Source: the human T2T-CHM13v2.0 reference genome, Homo sapiens. Taken from it: 64,000 bases of DNA. Of this stretch, positions 48,455 to 64,000 are shown in pieces. Below the pieces are notes generated by a model. The model made no database searches. It was given only the letters and a program-made list of their open reading frames with translations, and had not been told where the DNA came from. The stretch lies in assembly GCF_009914755.1 (NCBI RefSeq), contig NC_060931.1, one strand, 5' to 3'. The stretch's first letter is position 1, and every line of letters begins with the position of its first letter. Both the position numbers and the translations under genes were made by a program.

Positions 48455-50519
48455 TAAGTATAACAGTCTAAGTCAAAAAAACCTTTAATTTTGTCATTTT
48501 GTATTGCTTTTCTCTTCATGTCCCATAGTTAATTAGTCCTACTCCTGCTGATTCTTCTTTAAAAGAGCTTTTCCAAAATTTAAGAGCCTTAAAAAGGTTC
48601 AATGTCTTTGACCTAATATTTCCATTTGCAGGATTCCACCTAGTCTAAGAAAATCTGAAATGCATACAAAGATATTCACTGAAGTAATACCATGCCAGAA
48701 AACTGGAAACATCTGTCTAGCAATAGGGAAATATTTAAGCAAATAAAACAAATTAGAATGTTAGTCATTAATAATTAGTTATGAAGTTTTTAAAGACATG
48801 AAAAATATACATATATTTTTTTGAGTCAGAGTCTCATTCGGTCGCCCAGGTTGGAGTGCAATGGCGCCATCTCTGGCTTAATACAACCTCCACCTCCCGG
48901 GTTCAAGCAGTTCTCCTGCCTCGCCTACGGAGGAGCTGGGAAGGGATTACAGGCGCCCGCCACCACGCCCAGCTATTTTTGTGTTTTTAGTAGAGACAGG
49001 GTTGCACCATATTGGCTAGGCTGGTCTCAAACTCCTGACCTCGTGATCCACCCGCCTCGGCCTCCCAAACTGCTGGAATTACAGGCTTGAGCCACTGCAC
49101 CCAGCCAGCCCATGAAAAATATTTATAACAAAATGTAAAATAAGGAAAGCAGGATACAAAATCATATATAAGAGATGATAATGTAAGTAACAAAAACACA
49201 GGAAGAGAAAAAGGCCAGAAGGAAATATAACAAAATATTAGCAACATCCTATCTGTGCATATCATGCTGGCTGGTGAGAATATGAGTCATTTTTGTTTTT
49301 TGTCTTTTTATACTCCTATAATTTCTAGATATGGCATATAATATTTTTAAAACCTGGAAAAAATTTATGTTTAAAAAAATGTGTTGCTAATTCAAGACTC
49401 TTCAAGGTCTCCCTAAGTAAACTACAAATTCAATATTAACCCAACCCAATAGCAAAACAATACTGAGATAGGGACTTGAAAATATCATCTTAATGAAAAA
49501 ATATGCAAGAATGGCCCCCAAAAATATAAAATCAAGTGTAACAAGTGGGTATGGGGGTATAAGAGAGCCCTTGCATTTCCAAAAACTGAAATGTAGTCAG
49601 GCCAAGCACACTGGCTCACACCTGTAATCCCAACACTTTGGGGAGCCAAGGTGGGAAGACAGCTTGAAGCCAGGAGTTTAAGACTAACCTGGGCAGCAAA
49701 GCAATACCCATCTCTATTTTAAAAAGAAAAGAAAATGTATTCAAAATCACAGCGATCAAGGTAACCTGGAACTAGAGCAAGGACAGAGAAGTCAACACAC
49801 TCAAGTACAGGTGGAAATACAATTGAGTTAGCACAACTAGATAAGCTATTTAGAAATAAATAAGCAAGCAACAAAAGCCTAACAACCACAAAACGGCCAA
49901 CCTTTACTGAATATTTACCACAGGTCCACAATCCTTGGGACCAGATGTTTCGCTATTCAAGTTTTTTGGGTTTTCCAAAGGTAATATGGCACCCATATCA
50001 TGTATTATGCAATATTCCAGAACGGTATGGAGAAGCTCACCATAGGTATTTTAAAACATGCAACTTATAGCTGGGCACAGTAGGGCAAACACCTGTAGTC
50101 CCAGCTACTCAGAAGGCTAAAGCAGGATCACTTGAGCCCAGCAGTTTGAGTCCAGCTTGGGCAACGTAATGAGAATTCATTTCTTTTTTTTTTTTTTTTT
50201 TTTTTTTTTTTGAGACAGAGTCTCTGTCTGCCACCCAGGCTGGAGTGCAGTGTCGTGATCTCAGCTCAATGCAAGCTCCGCCTTCCCAGGTTCACACCAT
50301 TCTCCTGCCTCAGCCTCCCGTGCAGCTGGGACTACAGGCGCCCGCCACCACACCCAGCAAATTTTTTGTATTTTGTTTAGTAGAGACAGGGTTTCACCAT
50401 GTTAGCCAGGATGGTCTCTATCTCCTGACCTTGTGATCCGCCCGCCTTGGCCTCCCAAAGTGCTGGGATTACAGGCACAAATCACCACGCCCGGCCAAAA
50501 ATTCATTTCTTAAAACACA

Positions 50520-52450
<1,931 letters not shown>

Positions 52451-52761
52451 TGATTTCCAGTTTGCTTTTAGATTACAAAATGATATCCATAATGATTAGA
52501 AAGATACATAACTTATACATACATCCGAAAAAGAAGTCATCTGAAAATCTACAAATTTTTATAAATCAGTAAGAAAAACTTACGACACAATATTTTTTTT
52601 AAAGGGTAGGGGGCAAAAGACTTAAAAAGGCGCTTCACAAAACAGGAAACTCAAATGACCAAGAAACATATGAAAAGATGTTGGCTGGGCCTGGTGGCTC
52701 ACGCCTGTAATCCCAGCACTTTGGGAGGCCGAGGTGGGCAGATCACGAAGTCAAGAGATCA

Positions 52762-52959
<198 letters not shown>

Positions 52960-53373
52960 TCAAAAAAAAAAAAAAAATGATGTTTAACATCATTACTCAG
53001 GAAAATGCAATTGAAAACCATAATGAAATATCAATACACACCCATAATAGGTAAAATTTATTACAATGACACTGCCAAGTGTGGGCAAAAATGTGAAGCA
53101 AACTTAACTGTCTTTACACTTGTGGGAGAGTAAAGTAGTTCAATCAAAACTACATCTTTGAGCCTGGGCAACATAGGGAGATCCCATCTCTACAAAAAAT
53201 TTTAAAATCAGCTGGGCATGGTGGTGCTCACATGTAGTCCCAGCTACTCAGCAGCCTGAGGCAGGAGGATCATTTGAGGCCAGGAATTTGAGGTGGCAGT
53301 GAGCTATGATTGTGCCACTGTCAGCCAACAAAGCAAGACCCAGTCTCTAAAAAAAAATATATATATATATATA

Positions 53374-53663
53374 AAGTCAGCCCTCTGAAACTGTGGACTC
53401 TGCATCCATAGGTTCAACCAATCATGAATCAAAAACAATCAAAAGTAAATAAATAATAACAAAATAAAAACTACAAATTAAAAAAACACCATGTAACAAC
53501 CATTGACATGGTATTTACATTGTATATATATTATTAGTAATCCAGAGATAATTTAAAATATACAGGAGGATGTGTGAAGGTTACAAGGGACTTGAGTATC
53601 CTCAGACTTTGTTATTTGAGGGTGTCCCAGAACCAATCCTCCAAGCATACTGAGGGATGACTG
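53374..53663. mobile_element. MER2-like TcMar-Tigger MITE
   Basis: Inverted termini agtcagccctc ... gagggatgactg, flanked by TA. Confidence 0.8.
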
Positions 53664-54071
53664 TATATTCTATATGATTTCATTTATATGAAATTCAAGA
53701 ACAGACAAAACTAATCAATAATGATAGATATCAAAAAAGTTGTTGCTCCTAGGTGGTAGAGTATAGACTCGGGAGAGGCATGAGAAAACTTATGGAGCAT
53801 TGAAGGGGTTTTATATACTGATCTACATGGTCGTTACAGGGGTATAAATAAATGTAAAAAAAATCATCAAACTGTACAATTAAGACGAATGCACTGGGCC
53901 AGGCGTGGTGGCTCACGCCTGTAATCCCAGCACTTTGGGAAGCCGAGGCGGGCAGATCACAAGGTCAGGAGATCGAGACCAGCCCGGCCAACATGGTGAA
54001 ACCTCGTCTCTACTAAAAATACAAAAATTAGCTGGGGAGTGGTGGCACGAGCCTGTACTCCCAGCTACTCA

Positions 54072-54302
<231 letters not shown>

Positions 54303-54711
54303 CTATCTCTAAAAAAGAAAATTAAAATTAAAAATGATGTTTTATCCTTAAGAGGGAGTTTCACTGCGTCGCCCAGGCTGGCACTAAGTGGTGCAATCTC
54401 AGCTCAAAGCAACCTCTATCTCCCGTGTTCAAGCAATTCTCCCACCTCGGACTCTGGAATAGCTGGGACTACAGGCATGTGCCACCACTCCCAGCTAATT
54501 TCTGTATTTTTAGTAGAGACGGGGTTTCATCATGTTGGCCAGGCTGGTCTCAAACTCCTGACCTCTAGTGATCCTCACTGATCTTTAAAAGATCAATGCA
54601 CTTTACATACATGCATATACATGTATGCTAGGACTCAATTTTTGAAAAATGAACAAAACCATGCACAAGTAAAAGAATAACACACCAAAACAATTAGATA
54701 CCCTAAATTAA

Positions 54712-54957
<246 letters not shown>

Positions 54958-56020
54958 TGATCTGCCCACCTCGGCCTCCCAAAGCGCTGGGATTACAGGC
55001 GTAAGCTACCACGCCCAGCTGCTAAAAAATTTTTAAATTAAAAATAATTAGTGGAGCCACAGCTGACACTTGCTTCTTAAATCTTCTGTATTATACTGAA
55101 TTCTGTACTGAATTTTTTACCATGACCATATTACTTTTATTACTTTAAAAAAAAAAAAAAAAAAAAAAAAAGCTGGGCCAGGGGCAGTAGCTCATGACTG
55201 TAATCCCAGCATTTTGGAAGGCTGAGGCAGGCAGATCACTTGAGGCTTAGGCCAGGAGTTCCTGACCAGGCTCTACTAAAAATACAAAGAAAATAAGCTG
55301 GGCATGGTGGCGCATGCCTGTAATCCCAGCTACTTGGGAGGCTGAGGCATGAGGAGCGCCTGAACCCAGGAGGCAGAGGTTACACTGAGCCAAGATCATG
55401 CCACTGCATTCCTGTCTGGGTGACAGAGCAAGACTGCCTCAAGAAAAAAAAAAAAAGTTATTTCATTAAAATGACAATATTAAAATGAAATCTGGCCAGG
55501 CGCAGTGGCTCAAGCCTGTAATCCCAACGCTTTGTGAGGCCAAGGCAGGTAGATCATGACGTCAGGAGCTTGAGACCAGCGTGGCCAATATGGCGAAACC
55601 CTGTCTCAGTGAGCCAAGACCAGGCCACTGCAGTCCAGCCTGGGCAACAGAGCAAGACTCCATCTCGAAAAAACAAAACAAAACAAAACAAAAACAAAAA
55701 AACTAAGCACTACTGTACCTAAATCTTACAGTTCTCATCACACTGTCCTGCAATGGTCTTTTCACAAAGCAATCTCTTCTACTTTAATTATCTTACTCTT
55801 CTAGCATCCAACACACACCCTGGCACTAGCTATCTGCAGCACTAGGTATTTGCTTCGTGTCCATTTACTGTATTCTACTGTAGAGGTAGTAAGCAAAAAT
55901 GTTTGTTGAATAAACAAATGTGTAAAAAAATAAGAAATGAAAATTAGGTAATCCATGAGAAGTATTCCAAAGTCATGGGCTTATGAGCTTGAATTTATAC
56001 TACAGGGAAGTATAAATTCA

Positions 56021-58330
<2,310 letters not shown>

Positions 58331-58905
58331 AATAAATGAAAGAGATATTTTAAAAATTGTACCTCCATATAAACATACTATAAGGCAAAAATTTATCCCA
58401 AGCTATGTGATGTAGCTAATTCCTAAGATTTGTGACTAAACAGCACTACAGTCCTTCCGTTCTGCCTGTTACTCACAAAGCAGCACAATTAATAATAAGC
58501 AAACTAAACTCACAGGACAATCTAACAGGATTAAAATTTTGACCCACTAAATAATCTTAATCTTATTCCTGACAACTACAATTTCCAGTGTACCATAAAA
58601 GTAGCCTCTAGGAACTGGCTCAATTCATAAAAGCTCACAGATTTGAAATGAACTAAAATTAATTAAAAGCCTGCTTGTATATACAAAAGTAGATAATGAC
58701 AAAAGTAAATCATATTATACCAAGCCAGACCCACAGTCACATAATTCAAGTTTGCCAGTCATCATATTAATAGTTTAAAATTATACCTATTACTCCTTTT
58801 CCTCCTCTGGAAAATTAATCAAAAAGCAAAAACCGTGCTTCAAGAGACCTGAATTCTGATCCAAACGAAGCTATTGTGGGCTTAACCTGTCAGAGCTGTC
58901 TGTAA

Positions 58906-60967
<2,062 letters not shown>

Positions 60968-62831
60968 TCAGTTATATAATTGGGCTGGTCCCGTTACCTT
61001 ACAGACTAGAGCCAGTTCGTTTCATCATTAGCTGGTGTGTTATTTTCCCCCTCAAATTCTATCACATATACACAATACACAGTGGGAGAAACTGGCAGAT
61101 TAATCTGTGAGAGGAAAAGCTGAGTACTGTGGCTATTCACTAAGTCTTCATCAACATACCACATAAATCCAAACTGCGGCCCACCAAAAAGGCCCTCGAC
61201 CATTAGGAAAATCATACTCTAATATATGCAAATACAAGACACATACTGACTTAATTAGAACTGTTTTTCCACATGTACGTAAAGGTAACATGCACATATA
61301 CGTGTCTATTTGTATATACATGCACACATAGCCATCTCCGACACTGGGGTCATACTTTTTCCACTTGTTTTTATGTTTCTGAGTATAACAGACTACGTGG
61401 AATTAAATCAATGCTTTGAATTAAGAGCTGTGATTAAAACACAGTACTTATTCAGAATCCTAAACATTACAGTTCTCCTTACCACTGGGTAAACTTCCAT
61501 GGTTCACCAAAGGAAATCTCAAATTTAAGGTTGTAATTCACTTGAAAGCTAGCACTAATTTTTTTAAAAGCAACCAAAACTACCAAAAATCCAGTCCATT
61601 TTAACATCTTATGAATTCAATATCCAATTTTTACCGACCAATTAGTTCTTCAACTCTTTAGGAAGTGCTTTCCCCTTACTCTAATGGTTTTTTCTTTTTT
61701 TTTTTTTTTTAAGGTATTTTTAAGTCACTATCCACATTTTGTGAAACTGAAGGACCAAGGCCAACGAGAAGGGGAAAAAAGTGAGCGTGCTGCGACGTAC
61801 CCCTCAAAGGAAACAACCAAAAATGTTTCTGGATTTTATTAAAGATAATGCTGGATTCTCGTTCCCCATAGTACCAAAGATGCCACACAGAGTATTCTTG
61901 CTCAAAAGAGCGAAGCAATTAATCTAGAGGAAGAGATAACGATGTCGAACGCTGGTAAATCAAAAAAATTAGGAGAGAGGAGTGGAAAAGGAGAAGACGC
62001 GGCGGCGCTGTGCGGTCTCGGAGCAGCTCTCCAGGAAAGGGTTCTTGGGCAGCGGCCCCCCTGCTCGGGTGAGCGGCCAGGCTGGAGGTGGCCGCCACGG
62101 GCGCGTCTTCCACTCCGACCGGCTCCCGCGCACACGCCCACCGCCCTGCGCAGCCCGCGACCCCGGCGCCCGCAGCGCACCCAAGTCACGCTCAACCCGA
62201 GCGGAAAGTTTCGAATCCAAACCCGAGAGCCGAAACGCACAGGTCTCGGGGCTGAACTCGCGCCAGGAACACGCCCGAGGCAAACCACTTGACAACCAGC
62301 TTAGGTTCTCAGCAGAAAGGCCGACAGGCGGGGGCCGGGGAGGAAGGGGAGGCGAGACACACGCCCTCCCGCACACTCGGCCCCTCCGCCTCCTCGGCCC
62401 GCGGCTCAGGTGGGAGCAACGCAGCCGCTGCACTCCCGCAGCGGGCGGGCCGGAGCCCAGCGGCAGACGCCGGGGCCCCTTCCGGAAAGGGCCGCGACCC
62501 CCGGGCCAGCTCGCGGGCAAGGGACGGGTGCGCACGCCCTGCCCGGCGCCTTTCCGCCGGCCTCCCGCCCGCCGGCCGGTGGCGACCCGGGGCGGGAGGT
62601 CGCGGGGTCGAGGCTCCGTGATGCTAGGGAACCGGCCGCGGCCCGCGCGCCCCTCCCCCGCCGCCGCCCCTCCCCCCGGGCCGCCCGCCGGGGGCAGGAG
62701 CCGAGCGCCAGCGTCCCGGGGGACCAGCCCGCCCGCCGGCCCGGGGACCCGGACAACTTTCCCCTGCGCGGCCGCGGGCGCCCCCGACGGGGCGGGGGTG
62801 GGGAACGGGGACAGGCGCAGCGTGGACTCAC

Positions 62832-62886
62832 TTTTTCGGATGTTTCTCTCTTTTCGGCCTCCGCTTTCGGGCCTGAATGGCCAGCA
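62832..62886 (-). CDS. SRPK2: SRPK2 coding exon 2 (55 nt, (V)[17 protein letters not shown]+AA)
   Basis: Acceptor tcttctcttccccAG, exon TGCTGGCCATTCAGGCCCGAAAGCGGAGGCCGAAAAGAGAGAAACATCCGAAAAA, donor GTGAGT. In frame with exon 1 across an 88-nt intron (62887-62974). Confidence 0.95.
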
Positions 62887-62974
62887 CTGGGGAAGAGAAG
62901 ACACACATTAACGGTCGGGCCGCCCGCCCGGGCTGGCCGCGTGGCGGGGAGAGGGCGCGCCGCGGGCCACTCAC

Positions 62975-62990
62975 CTTTCCGGGAGCTCAT
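62975..62990 (-). CDS. SRPK2: SRPK2 (SR protein kinase 2) first coding exon, coding part, MSSRK+G
   Basis: Minus strand reads ATG AGC TCC CGG AAA G|GTGAGT (canonical donor) inside a CpG island. Spliced to the next exon it gives [23 protein letters not shown], which I recognise as the N-terminus of the long SRPK2 isoform. Confidence 0.95.
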
Positions 62991-64000
62991 TCCGACGCGG
63001 CGGAAGCGGGGCGGGGGGCTTCGCGACGGCGACGCGGGCGCCGAGACGAGCTGGGCTGCAGCCTCCACTCGCTCCGCCGGCCGGGAGGAGACGAGAACCG
63101 CGCCTGCGCCGCCGCCGCCGCCGCCGCTCCAGCAGGGACCCAGCAAGACCCGCCCCCGTCCGGCCCCGCCCCCGCCCCGCCCCCACCCGCCGGCCCCGGG
63201 GGTCGGGACCCCAGCGCCGCGCGCCCAGCGCCCCGCGCCCCCGCCCCACCCACCTGTGCAGAAGTGGCCGCCGCCCATGGCCGCGCTGGCCCTCGGCCTC
63301 CCCCACCCCAGCCCGCGGCCCGGGCCTCCGCCTCCTGCGATCCTGCGGCTGGCCCAGGCCGCCCGCCTCTCCCGGGCACCGGACCCGCGGGACCCTCCCT
63401 CCCCGCCGCGGCCTCTCCCCTCCGCACCCCGGCCGGTCGCGCCGCCCGCTGCTCCATGCGCCCGTCCTTGGCCGGCGCCTCCGCGGGTCTCGCACCACCT
63501 CTCTTCCCGCGGCCTCTTCTCTCCCTTTGCTCCTCTACATCCTTGCAACCCCATGAGCGCCGCTTCCTCCTCTCCGGCAGGCGTGGAAAGGGCACACGAC
63601 CAAAAGCTGGGAAACCTGGGTCCGCGATTAGCGGTGTGACCTTGGAGAAGTCATTTTCTCTCCCACCTCTAAGTGCCCTCCAGGATTGCATGAGTTTAAT
63701 GAAGGAAAAGATACAGATAGCATTCAAGGTAGGACAAAGGTTTTGCACATGAATTGAAACTCGCTTCCGTAAACACCAGGTGTATAACAATTCAAAACAA
63801 CAATCACACCAAGTAGTTATTTTCTGCATCCTACAATGAGGAAACTGAGTCCCAACGAGGTTAAAAAGTTTAACCAGCCAGGATCGAAATTCAGGCCTGG
63901 CCGTCGACAAACCACCTTATCAGGCTGCCTACAAAAGATGTGAATCAAGTTGATAGTGACACAAAAAGATAACTGCAATGTTCTCTTATTTATGTAAATA

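Larger units (their letters stand above)
61960..63640. promoter_or_regulatory. CpG island / SRPK2 promoter with GC boxes and a (GCC)6 run
   Basis: Very high GC and CpG density. Tandem Sp1/KLF-type CCCCGCCC boxes at about 63160-63185 and 63230-63250, and (GCC)6 at 63108-63125. Confidence 0.92.

Noticed and set aside
61902-63910. Long overlapping Arg/Gly/Pro/Ala-rich ORFs on both strands
   Set aside because: Expected from the scarcity of stop codons in a CpG island; only the short spliced SRPK2 exons are supported.

Overview
Human (or great-ape) genomic DNA, extremely Alu-dense (about 95 Alu copies or fragments counted by eye, roughly 40% of the window). The right end holds a CpG island with the first two coding exons of SRPK2 on the minus strand. 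These are ATGAGCTCCCGGAAAG, an 88-nt intron, then a 55-nt exon, together encoding [23 protein letters not shown](K). Everything to the left (1-62831) is the 5' part of the very long downstream intron. That intron contains a 28S rRNA fragment fused to a tail-less AluJ, a U6 snRNA pseudogene, a Tigger2 DNA transposon stretched to about 10 kb by nested MST-LTR, L1PA and Alu insertions, several MaLR solo LTRs, hAT and Tigger-family MITEs, and old L1M/L2/MIR fragments. The most interesting leads not explained by these features are three. (1) A candidate 27-nt in-frame SRPK2 microexon whose 3' splice site and body are covered by a 32-bp complementary intronic element about 180 nt upstream. (2) A candidate alternative first coding exon (MGGGHFCT-) in the right phase to join exon 2. 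(3) An L1 inserted into another L1 at the homologous position. Repeat subfamily names come from remembered consensus sequences, and repeat boundaries are approximate.
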